This document shows, piece after piece, positions 1 through 8,226 of a stretch of 32,926 bases of DNA. How positions within the stretch are numbered: position 1 is the first letter of the stretch; each line of letters begins with the position of its first letter. This DNA comes from an uncultured Alphaproteobacteria bacterium. Lineage in GTDB: Bacteria; Pseudomonadota; Alphaproteobacteria; Puniceispirillales; Puniceispirillaceae. Location of the stretch: assembly GCA_913045915.1 (NCBI GenBank), contig CAJWSS010000001.1:1-32926 (forward strand). Direction: 5' to 3'. A program made the position numbers and the translations under genes. The notes beneath the pieces were generated by a model. It had not been told where the DNA came from. It saw nothing but the letters and a program-made list of their open reading frames with translations, and did not search any database.

Positions 1-1057
1 CCACCTGACCAAGCGCGCCAAATCCCTGCACCATACCAAGCGCACCCCCCATGGTGGTTTTGCCAGCCGCATTGCTTGCCGCCGCCGACAACGCCGGGTT
101 GCTAAAGCCAAATCCAAAACAAACAGCGGTGGTTACGATCAGCATTTGCACCAGCGGATAGTCATTCCCAACAAGCAATCCCACCGCCATAATAACGGTT
201 AAAATTTGTCCGATCACCAACAAGCTGGCACCAAATCCCACTGTGCCGACCTCGCCAAACCGGCGGACCGCAGTATTTATCAACCCACCCTGCACCATAA
301 TGATACATACGCCGATATAGGTGAACAGCCAGCCGGTCTGGCGTGCGTCAAAATCCAGATAATCACGAAGCAACAGAACAAAAGAGGCCTCGACCTGCGC
401 AAATGATAGGTTCAGGCAAAAAAACGCCAGCGCAAACAGCGCCAGTGGACTATGCATGATTGACGCCAGCCGCACACCCAGCGGTTGCTTTGCCGATGGT
501 GTCATTTGCCGGTGGGCGGCGCTTTCTTCGATACGGATAGACAACGCCAACGCTAAAAATGAGAATCCAGCCGCCAGTAAAAATGGCGCCTGATGAAGCG
601 GCCCACTGCCAACACCGCTCAGCAAACCGCCAAGGGCCGGACCAGCAACAAATCCAGTGCCAATGGCGGCGCCAAACAGCCCCATGTAACGTGCCCGTTC
701 AGCAGACGCCACCCGGTCGGCGATAATGGCTTGAATCACGCCGGTATTCCCTGCCGCCAGCCCCGCCAAAATACGCGCCGCAAACATCTGTATGATGTCA
801 TCAGAAAAGGCAAACCATAGATGTGCCAGCGCATTGACAAACAGGCTGGCGATCAGCACCGGGCGCCGACCAATATGATCAGACAGCCGCCCCAATAGCG
901 GATTAGACAAAAACATGGCCATGGCAAAAGACGCCAACAGCAGGGTCATAACACTTGCCGAAAGCCCCAATGTTTCAATCACTGTATAGGGCAGAACTGG
1001 GATTAACGCGCCGATGCCGACAAAATTTATGAATACAACAAGAAGCAGGGTAGGCAT
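1..1057 (-). CDS. MFS transporter (DHA1/TetA-like drug:H+ antiporter family), 3' end runs off the window
   Basis: Absent from the ORF track because it is truncated. Manual minus-strand translation from ATG 1057 gives MPTLLLVVFINFVGIGALIPVLPY...NPLLGRLSDHIGRRPVL, which contains MFS motif A (GxLsDrxGRRpvl) and hydrophobic helices. Confidence 0.85.
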   Translation of the reverse strand, partial: MPTLLLVVFINFVGIGALIPVLPYTVIETLGLSASVMTLLLASFAMAMFLSNPLLGRLSDHIGRRPVLIASLFVNALAHLWFAFSDDIIQMFAARILAGLAAGNTGVIQAIIADRVASAERARYMGLFGAAIGTGFVAGPALGGLLSGVGSGPLHQAPFLLAAGFSFLALALSIRIEESAAHRQMTPSAKQPLGVRLASIMHSPLALFALAFFCLNLSFAQVEASFVLLLRDYLDFDARQTGWLFTYIGVCIIMVQGGLINTAVRRFGEVGTVGFGASLLVIGQILTVIMAVGLLVGNDYPLVQMLIVTTAVCFGFGFSNPALSAAASNAAGKTTMGGALGMVQGFGALGQV

Positions 1058-1125
1058 TGATCACTCTTTCGACATTGCCGATCCAGTTGAGCCACCAGAC
1101 CGGTTGGCCAATTGACTGTTTGACC

Positions 1126-1141
1126 TTGACCGCTATGTCAA
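1126..1141. promoter_or_regulatory. Palindrome TTGAC-N6-GTCAA overlapping a TTGACA -35 upstream of the MFS gene; candidate repressor operator
   Basis: TTGACCGCTATGTCAA at 1126-1141; the minus strand begins TTGACA; further TTGAC copies at 1112 and 1120. Confidence 0.35.
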
Positions 1142-1154
1142 TAGCAAGGCGCGG

Positions 1155-2519
1155 TTAATATTGGTTTGCGGTAAATACCTGATCAATGTCACCGTCCCAA
1201 TCCTGACGGTATAAATCAAGCATCACTTCGGCTGGCGTTTTGCGTGTTTCAATAATGGTTTTCAGCGGCTGTAAAAACCCGGTTTCATCATTACCGCCAT
1301 CATCACAAATACCGCGGCGACGTAACCCGCTGGTCGCGATCTCCACCAACCGGGCCGCCAGTTGATACACGTCTTCGCCAGCTAATTGACCATTTAACCC
1401 ATCTGTCGCCACTGATAACCGCGCATTCATCACATCATCGGCCGAAATATGGGCACATAACGCCTCGGCTTCGGCTAGTGCGTCCTCATCATATAAAATC
1501 CCCACCCACAACGCCGGAAGCGCGCAAATATTGGCCCATGGGCCACTATCGGCGCCGCGCATTTCGATGAATTGTTTTAAGCGCACTTCAGGAAATGCGG
1601 TGGTGATATGGTCTTCAAAATCTGCCATATTCGGCGGCATGCCCTCAAAACCAGCCAAACGCGATGCCAGATAGTCGCGGAAAGACTGCCCGGCTACATC
1701 AATATAGTCGTCGCCGCGATGCAGAAAATACATGGGCACATCAAGGATATAGTCAATCCATTGTTCATAGCCAAAGCCGGGGTCAAACACACAGGCCGGC
1801 ACACCGCAACGGGCATTATCTGTATCGGTCCACGCTTCGGCACGGGTCGATAACAGGCCCGATGGCTTGCCATCACGAAACGGGGAATTGGCAAAGAGCG
1901 CAGTGGCCACAGGTTGCAAGGCCAGCGAGGTACGGAATTTGCGGCGCATATCAACCTCGTCACTATAGTCAAGATTGACCTGCACCGTGCATGACCGCAA
2001 CATCATATCAAGGCCAAACCGCCCGACCTTTGGCATATAGTTGCGCATGATTTTATAGCGGCCCTTTGGCATCCATGGAATATCGTCACGGCCCCATTTA
2101 GGCTGAAAACCAATGCCAAGCATGCCAAGCCCCAGCGCCGCGGTTACCGCCCGCATATGTTTGAGATGCCGCCCGGTTTCGGCGCAAGTCTGATGCAGAT
2201 TGACAAGCGGTGCCCCAGATAATTCAAGCTGGCCGCCTGGCTCTAGCGTGACCGATCCCCCCTCGCCGTCTTTTAAACCAATAATATGGCCCTTTTCCAT
2301 AATCGGGCGGGCTTTGTCACCGATATGAGTGCATAAGGCGCCGAGCATCGCGCCAACACCATCTGCGCCCTCATACGCAACCGGGCTGAAATCACCACGA
2401 TGGAACAGGATTTTTTCGTGTTCAGTGCCAATACGCCAATCTGGCTTTGGCTTGGCCCCCGCCGCCACCCAATCGACAAGCTGGCTGGTATCAGTGATCA
2501 CCGTACTGTGGTCGGCCAT
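1155..2519 (-). CDS. gshA: Glutamate--cysteine ligase (alphaproteobacterial/plant type)
   Basis: Motifs WRIGTEHEK, VTLEPGGQLELSG, MPKGRY, CTVQVNLD, FPEVRLKQFIEMRGAD. AGGAG lies 9 nt before ATG 2519 (alternative start 2525). Confidence 0.95.
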   Translation of the reverse strand: MADHSTVITDTSQLVDWVAAGAKPKPDWRIGTEHEKILFHRGDFSPVAYEGADGVGAMLGALCTHIGDKARPIMEKGHIIGLKDGEGGSVTLEPGGQLELSGAPLVNLHQTCAETGRHLKHMRAVTAALGLGMLGIGFQPKWGRDDIPWMPKGRYKIMRNYMPKVGRFGLDMMLRSCTVQVNLDYSDEVDMRRKFRTSLALQPVATALFANSPFRDGKPSGLLSTRAEAWTDTDNARCGVPACVFDPGFGYEQWIDYILDVPMYFLHRGDDYIDVAGQSFRDYLASRLAGFEGMPPNMADFEDHITTAFPEVRLKQFIEMRGADSGPWANICALPALWVGILYDEDALAEAEALCAHISADDVMNARLSVATDGLNGQLAGEDVYQLAARLVEIATSGLRRRGICDDGGNDETGFLQPLKTIIETRKTPAEVMLDLYRQDWDGDIDQVFTANQY

Positions 2520-2576
2520 AAGCATGGGCTCCTGATCGTGGTTCTGCGATAATATCTGGCAACAGGCGCCGGAAGT

Positions 2577-3329
2577 TCAGCCGTTCCAATCGCCGCAGAT
2601 GGACTGGTAACAAGACAGCGCCGCGATGGCGGCGGTATCCGCCCGCAATATGCGCGTACCAAGAGAAATTTTCAAACAATTCTTGCGCCCGCCTAATTGT
2701 TTGCGTTCAGATGGGGAAAATCCACCCTCTGGGCCAATAAGAATGGCGGCTTTATCATGTGCTGGGGCGGCGTGTAATGCCGCCGCAATATTATGTGCCG
2801 GGCTACCCGCACTCGCTTCATCGCACCAGATCAGCAACCGGTCATCTTCCATCTGATCAAGCACAGAAAACAACCCAGTAAATGCGCGGATATCGGCAAT
2901 ATCCATGCGCTCAGTCTGTTCTGCCGCCTCAATCGCATTGGCCGCTAGTCTTTCATCCTTGACCCGGCTGATCTGACAATAATCGGTGCGCACTGGCCAA
3001 ATACAGCTCACACCCAATTCACTTGCCTTTTGCGCCATAAAATCAAGTCTGGCTTTCTTGACCGGGGCAAATAGCAACCACAAATCAAGACAGTCCATTT
3101 GGGGCTTTAACTGACTTTCAATATCTATGCTGCATTGCTTTTTGCCAATTTCGGCAATATGCCCGGCCCATTCCCCGTCATGACCATTAAACATCGACAG
3201 CGGTGCGCCGACGCCAAGACGCATCACATTGACCAGATAATGGCGCTGGGCATCCGACAGCGTCACGCGCTGGTGTGCCGCAAGTGGCCTATCAACAAAT
3301 AACCGTGTCTTGGCGTTAAAATCCATCAT
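2577..3329 (-). CDS. rsmE: 16S rRNA m3U1498 methyltransferase
   Basis: HYLVNVMRL, QKASELGV, EAAEQ, LIGPEGGFS, SLGTRILRADTAA SPOUT motifs. Confidence 0.95.
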   Translation of the reverse strand: MMDFNAKTRLFVDRPLAAHQRVTLSDAQRHYLVNVMRLGVGAPLSMFNGHDGEWAGHIAEIGKKQCSIDIESQLKPQMDCLDLWLLFAPVKKARLDFMAQKASELGVSCIWPVRTDYCQISRVKDERLAANAIEAAEQTERMDIADIRAFTGLFSVLDQMEDDRLLIWCDEASAGSPAHNIAAALHAAPAHDKAAILIGPEGGFSPSERKQLGGRKNCLKISLGTRILRADTAAIAALSCYQSICGDWNG

Positions 3330-3335
3330 CAGTTC

Positions 3336-3364
3336 GTTGTAAGCCCGATGTCAAAACAAGACAA
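3336..3364 (-). promoter_or_regulatory. Putative sigma70 promoter for rsmE (leaderless)
   Basis: Minus strand TTGTCT-N17-TACAAC, then 6 nt to ATG 3329; no Shine-Dalgarno. Confidence 0.5.
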
Positions 3365-3410
3365 GACAGCTTGAACAAGCCATGACGCCTGCACCCATCT
3401 GCAAATCTGT

Positions 3411-3439
3411 TTGGCTTTTTGCGTAAGCTTGGGTATCTC
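3411..3439 (+). promoter_or_regulatory. Putative sigma70 promoter for ubiA (near-leaderless)
   Basis: TTGGCT-N17-TATCTC, then 8 nt to ATG 3448. Confidence 0.45.
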
Positions 3440-3447
3440 TAACAGCT

Positions 3448-4377
3448 ATGCCGCAACCAGATCACCAGCACCCACAACACAGCGATATGCCAGCCACCGG
3501 TTGGTGGCGCATGCTACCACATTCACTGCACCGCTTTATTTATCTTGGTCGCTTTGACCGACCGATTGGCTGGTGGCTGTTATTACTGCCCGGCTGGTGG
3601 GTTATTCCCGTTGGCACCACCTCGGTGCCCCGCATGTGGTGGCTTATGGCCCTGTTTCTGGTGGGGGCGATCATCACCAGGGCGGCCGGCTGTGTGATTA
3701 ATGATTTGTGGGACCGGCGGCTTGACCAACAGGTTGAACGAACCCAGCAAAGACCACTTGCATCAGGGGCGGTTTCGGTAGCTGGTGCGTTTATATTTTT
3801 GGGCATTCTCGGGGCGATTGGCGTTGGCATTTTATGGCAATTACCAGATATCGCCATTTATGTCGGTTTGGCCGCGGCGCCGCTTGTCATCATCTATCCG
3901 CTGGCCAAACGCATCACCTGGTTTCCGCAGTTTGTTCTGGGCCTGACATTTTCTTGGGGGGTCCCGCTTGGCTGGGCGGCCAGCACCAGCACCCTACCCG
4001 ATATGCCAATTTTATGTATCTATGCGGCTTGTGTTGCTTGGGTATTCGGCTATGACACAATTTATGCGGTTCAGGATATGGCTGATGATGCCGCTATTGG
4101 TATCAAATCTTCGGCTCTTGCCTTTGCTCAGCATTTGAAAATTGCTGTTGGCGTGGCTTACGGACTGGCTATATCGCTGTTATGCCTTGGGCTTTATCTG
4201 AAGCTTGGCATGGGGTTTTGGCTGGCCGGCCTTGGTCTGATGGCGGGGCATCTTGCCTACCAAATTTATTGCCTCGACCCGGCAAGTGCGGCCACCGCTT
4301 TACGTCTGTTCCGGTCAAACCGTGATGCCGGGCTATTCTTGGTCGCAGCGCTGGTTATAACGCGGCTTGTTGGCTAA
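3448..4377 (+). CDS. ubiA: 4-hydroxybenzoate polyprenyltransferase
   Basis: RFDRPIGWWLL, AGCVINDLWDRRLD..VERT..RPLASG, YDTIYAVQD..DD..IGIKS aspartate-rich motifs; membrane protein. Confidence 0.95.
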   Translation: MPQPDHQHPQHSDMPATGWWRMLPHSLHRFIYLGRFDRPIGWWLLLLPGWWVIPVGTTSVPRMWWLMALFLVGAIITRAAGCVINDLWDRRLDQQVERTQQRPLASGAVSVAGAFIFLGILGAIGVGILWQLPDIAIYVGLAAAPLVIIYPLAKRITWFPQFVLGLTFSWGVPLGWAASTSTLPDMPILCIYAACVAWVFGYDTIYAVQDMADDAAIGIKSSALAFAQHLKIAVGVAYGLAISLLCLGLYLKLGMGFWLAGLGLMAGHLAYQIYCLDPASAATALRLFRSNRDAGLFLVAALVITRLVG

Positions 4378-4404
4378 CCGCCCCGAACCGCAGTTACAAG
4401 TAAG

Positions 4405-5235
4405 TTACAAAAACGCGTCAATCCCATTAACGCGCACCGATAACACCTGCCACGGCGGCGTTTCAGCAAACAGGGCATAATTTTTCAGCCCGGCTATCAC
4501 CGCATCTCGGGCAGATTTTTCACGTTGGATATCAGTAATAAATTCGGCATGTGAGCGCGAATCATCACAACCGGTAAGCTGCCGGACGCGCGCCGCGGCC
4601 TCGGCCTGACTCACCTCTGGAAAACGCCGGCCAACGGCTGCAATCGCTGGCAAGGCCGCCGGGGCACCACCAGCATAATCAAGCACGCCAGCGCGGGCTG
4701 AATAACCAAAGACCGGCTGGTCTGGCACCTGCATATCATGCACAACATCCTGCATCATCACATAATCATAGGCGACGCCAATACCCTCGGTGCGGTGCAT
4801 CTGTTCAAGCTGGTCCGGGTCAAGCCACGCCACATTTAAGCTGACAATACAGCCCGCACAGGGAAATGCGGTGCAGGGCACCGCCGCGTAAAAGCCAAGC
4901 ATCGCCGCATGCACAATATCGCAATCAAATAATCTGGCTGGCGTCACCGGAATAATCGCGGCATCGCCGAATTTGCGGCGTAATTGCACAGGCGCACGGT
5001 TTGACCCAACCGATAGCACCGCTACCCGGCCATCAAAAATCCATTGATGGCGGTCAATCATCTGTTGATCGAGTTGGTAGAGCGCTCCATTTGCAAGCAG
5101 ATACCCACCGGACGGCGCATGATAGGGATATAATCTGGCCCGGTCGACATCGGATAACATGGTCAGATAGGCATCGCCATCAGCCAACGGTACAAAATCA
5201 GCGAGCACATTATGCGGCAAGGCTGACACTTTCAT
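4405..5235 (-). CDS. Hypothetical protein with gamma-glutamylcyclotransferase (GGCT)-like motifs
   Basis: 276 aa from ATG 5235, overlapping the argC 3' end. VLSVGSNR resembles the GGCT YFAYGSNL loop; LEQMHRTEGIGVAY resembles the LDxxEG..Y catalytic segment. Confidence 0.7.
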   Translation of the reverse strand: MKVSALPHNVLADFVPLADGDAYLTMLSDVDRARLYPYHAPSGGYLLANGALYQLDQQMIDRHQWIFDGRVAVLSVGSNRAPVQLRRKFGDAAIIPVTPARLFDCDIVHAAMLGFYAAVPCTAFPCAGCIVSLNVAWLDPDQLEQMHRTEGIGVAYDYVMMQDVVHDMQVPDQPVFGYSARAGVLDYAGGAPAALPAIAAVGRRFPEVSQAEAAARVRQLTGCDDSRSHAEFITDIQREKSARDAVIAGLKNYALFAETPPWQVLSVRVNGIDAFL

Positions 5236-6157
5236 CAATGCCAAGCGCAATATTCATATTTTGTACGGCCGCCCCAGACGCCCCCTTGCCCAAATTATCA
5301 AGCCGTGCAACCAGCCAAAACTGCTGGGATTTTGCATCTGAAAACACAAAAATTTCCATCGAGTCGGTATCCGCCAGCGCATCAGCCGCCAGCATCTTCG
5401 GCGTGTTTTCATCATTTGCACGGGCCGCCCCCATGCGCACCAGCGGTGCCGCCGCATACCAATCTGCATAGAGTTGATAAAGTTGGTTGGCCTCAACCGC
5501 GCCGGCGAACTGATCCGCATGTAGGGGCAAATGCACCAACATGCCCGCATAAAAATCGCCAACTGATGGCATGAAAATAGGCGGCGTCGTCAAACCGGCA
5601 TAATGCGTCATTTCGGCAAGATGCTTGTGTGACAGGCTGGTGCCATAACTAAATTGCGGCGCCAATTCACCACTGTCATGTGCGCCAATCATTGATTTAC
5701 CGCCCCCGCTATACCCGCTGACGGCCGGCACACTAAGACGGCTGTCAGCTGGCAACATACCGCTGGCGATCAATGGCTTGGCCAATGCCAAAAACCCGGT
5801 TGGATAACAGCCCGGGTTGGCAATACGCGATGCCGAGGCAATCATACCGCGCTGTGTGGCGGTCATTTCAGGAAACCCATAAACCCAATCACTGTCTACC
5901 CGGTGCGCTGTCGATGCATCAATAAAGCGGATTGACGCATCACCTTCTGCCAAAGCAACAGCGTCACGGGCGGCCTCGTCCGGCAGACATAATATGGTCA
6001 TGTCACTGTCCTGCATCAGCTGCAAGCGGGCCTGTGGGTCCTTGCGCTGAGCATCATCAATATGCAGCATTTCGACATGCGGGTGGGCCTGCAACCGCGC
6101 CGCTACCTTGAGGCCGGTTGTGCCCGCCTCACCATCGATAAATATCCGAAAACTCAT
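5210..6157 (-). CDS. argC: N-acetyl-gamma-glutamyl-phosphate reductase (type 2)
   Basis: IFIDGEAGTTGL, IDASTAHR, IANPGCYPTG (catalytic Cys), SGYSGGGK, LDNLGKGASGAAVQNMN. Confidence 0.95.
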   Translation of the reverse strand: MSFRIFIDGEAGTTGLKVAARLQAHPHVEMLHIDDAQRKDPQARLQLMQDSDMTILCLPDEAARDAVALAEGDASIRFIDASTAHRVDSDWVYGFPEMTATQRGMIASASRIANPGCYPTGFLALAKPLIASGMLPADSRLSVPAVSGYSGGGKSMIGAHDSGELAPQFSYGTSLSHKHLAEMTHYAGLTTPPIFMPSVGDFYAGMLVHLPLHADQFAGAVEANQLYQLYADWYAAAPLVRMGAARANDENTPKMLAADALADTDSMEIFVFSDAKSQQFWLVARLDNLGKGASGAAVQNMNIALGIDESVSLAA

Positions 6158-6163
6158 GCCGCA

Positions 6164-6225
6164 GTAATAAACCTATTCTCTGCCCACGACAAGCAGTTGA
6201 AATATCGGCCTATGCAGATTATGTG
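6164..6225. promoter_or_regulatory. Back-to-back divergent sigma70-like promoters for argC and pmbA
   Basis: Minus: TTGTCG(6192-6187)-N17-TATTAC(6169-6164)-N6-ATG. Plus: TTGAAA(6197-6202)-N17-TATGTG(6220-6225)-N7-ATG. Confidence 0.5.
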
Positions 6226-6232
6226 AGTACTC

Positions 6233-7570
6233 ATGGAACAGACATATCAAACCCTTATCGGCCAGCTACTTGATGCGGCCAAATCCGCCGGGGCAAGCGG
6301 TGCTGACGCCATGCTCGCCCGTGGGCAAAGCACCAGTGTCAGCATACGCCATGGCAAAGTTGAATCTGCTGAACGGTCCGAGGATTTTGACATTGGTCTG
6401 CGGGTCTTTGTGGGCCAGCAAACAGCGTCAATATCCACCAGTCAACTTGATGCGGATAATATCAAGGATCTAGCCGCACGCGCCGTGGCAATGGCCAAAC
6501 TGGCACCAGAAGACCCTTATGTGACATTGGCCAGCGCTGATCAGTTAGCCCAGCAAATACCAATGCTGGATATTTATGATCCAGCACAACCAGACGCTGA
6601 TAGCCTGCGTCAACGTGCCAGCGAGGCAGAAGCCGCCGCGTTATCTGTCGATGGCATAACAAATTCGGATGGGGGCAATGCCGGTCATGGCGTTGTCGAT
6701 GTGCTGATCGCCACCAGTAACGGCTTTTCAGCTGGCTATCAGCGGTCATCACATGGCGTATCTGCGGTTGTCATTGCTGAAAAAGATGGCCAAATGGAAC
6801 GCGATTATGATTACAGTTCGGCAGTCTTCGAGACCGATCTTGATGCGGCCGATGCGGTTGGCAAAAACGCCGCAAAACGCACGCTTGAACGGCTTGGTGC
6901 CAGCAAGGCAAAAACCGGAAAATTCCCGGTCATCTATGACCGGCGGGTAGCCGCATCCCTTGTCAGCACATTAGCTGGTGCCATCAATGGCGCGTCAGTT
7001 GCCCGCGGCACAAGCTTTTTAAAAGACCAGCTAGGCAAAAAAATAGCGGCAGATGGATTGAATTTTATCGATGATCCGTTGCGGCCACGCGGTATGGCGT
7101 CACGACCGTTTGATGCTGAGGGCTGTCCGGTTCAGACCCGAAAAATGGTTGAAGATGGTGTGCTACAAGGATGGTTCCTTGATTTGTCATCAGCCGCCAA
7201 ACTTGGACTTGCGGGCATGGGAAATGCCAAACGGTCGCTTGGCAGTGCCCCCAGCCCGGGAAGCAGTAATTTTTACCTGGAAAATGGCACAATCGGGCGT
7301 GATGATCTGATCGCTGATATTGATGAGGGGTTTTTGGTCACCGAATTAATGGGCAGTTCTGTTGATATGATCACTGGCGATTATAGCCGCGGCGCTGGTG
7401 GATTTTGGATATCAAAAGGCAAGATTGCACAACCAATCAGCGAGGCCACAATCGCCGGCAACTTAAAAGACATGCTGATGAATATCACAAGGGCCAACGA
7501 CATTGATATGCGGGACAGCACAGCGGCGCCCTCGTTACGTATTGATGGTATGACGGTGGCGGGGTCATGA
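6233..7570 (+). CDS. pmbA: TldD/PmbA family protein (PmbA/TldE subunit)
   Basis: GLRVFVG, MERDYDY, SRPFDAEG, TGDYSRGAGGFWI..G....PISEATIAGNL; no TldD-type HExxxH. Confidence 0.9.
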   Translation: MEQTYQTLIGQLLDAAKSAGASGADAMLARGQSTSVSIRHGKVESAERSEDFDIGLRVFVGQQTASISTSQLDADNIKDLAARAVAMAKLAPEDPYVTLASADQLAQQIPMLDIYDPAQPDADSLRQRASEAEAAALSVDGITNSDGGNAGHGVVDVLIATSNGFSAGYQRSSHGVSAVVIAEKDGQMERDYDYSSAVFETDLDAADAVGKNAAKRTLERLGASKAKTGKFPVIYDRRVAASLVSTLAGAINGASVARGTSFLKDQLGKKIAADGLNFIDDPLRPRGMASRPFDAEGCPVQTRKMVEDGVLQGWFLDLSSAAKLGLAGMGNAKRSLGSAPSPGSSNFYLENGTIGRDDLIADIDEGFLVTELMGSSVDMITGDYSRGAGGFWISKGKIAQPISEATIAGNLKDMLMNITRANDIDMRDSTAAPSLRIDGMTVAGS

Positions 7571-8226
7571 GCTGGCGCGCCCCAACCGGCCAGCGCCGTG
7601 GGGCGATTGACTGGATCGAATTGATTTTTAAGGACCATGGATTTCTGCGGGTCGCGTGGCATAATCAACACCAGATTGCCGATGGTGTCTGGCGCAGTAA
7701 TCAACCCGGGCCCGGCCGTATTGCCAAGCTGGCAGACCAGGGCATTAAAACCATTATTAATTTACGCGGGCCACGTGATGATGGCGGCTGGCAATTAGAG
7801 GCTGAAGCCTGTAAAAAAGCCGGCATCACGCTGTTTGATTTTACCGCCAGATCGCGTGCCGCCCCCAGCAAGTCCATGCTACATGACGCAAAATCACTAT
7901 TTGCCGAGATCAACAAGCCTGTGTTGATGCATTGCAAATCTGGTGCAGACCGTGCGGGCTTGATGTCGGCTTTGTATCTTTTGATTGTGGAAACCCAGCC
8001 AGCCCACATAGCCATGCAACAACTGGCGTGGAAATATGGCCATGTCAAAGCGGCAAAAACTGGACTTCTGGACGCTTTTTTTGCCGCCTATCTGCCCTAT
8101 GAAAAAGATGGTATGGCCTTTTATGATTGGGTCGATCAAATTTATGACCCGGCCACATTAACAGCGCAATTTCAGAGCCAAGGCTGGGCGGACCGCCTCA
8201 CCGACACTATTTTGCGGCGTGAGTGA
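7567..8226 (+). CDS. Dual-specificity/tyrosine phosphatase family protein, CtpA-like
   Basis: CX5R P-loop HCKSGADRAG, RSNQP, GIKTIINLRG, YGHVKAAKTGLLD; ATGA overlap with pmbA. Confidence 0.85.
   Translation: MSWRAPTGQRRGAIDWIELIFKDHGFLRVAWHNQHQIADGVWRSNQPGPGRIAKLADQGIKTIINLRGPRDDGGWQLEAEACKKAGITLFDFTARSRAAPSKSMLHDAKSLFAEINKPVLMHCKSGADRAGLMSALYLLIVETQPAHIAMQQLAWKYGHVKAAKTGLLDAFFAAYLPYEKDGMAFYDWVDQIYDPATLTAQFQSQGWADRLTDTILRRE

Noticed and set aside
6233-7570. pmbA without tldD as a sign of a RiPP-processing cluster
   Set aside because: tldD and pmbA are often unlinked in proteobacteria, and no precursor peptide or modifying enzymes are present.
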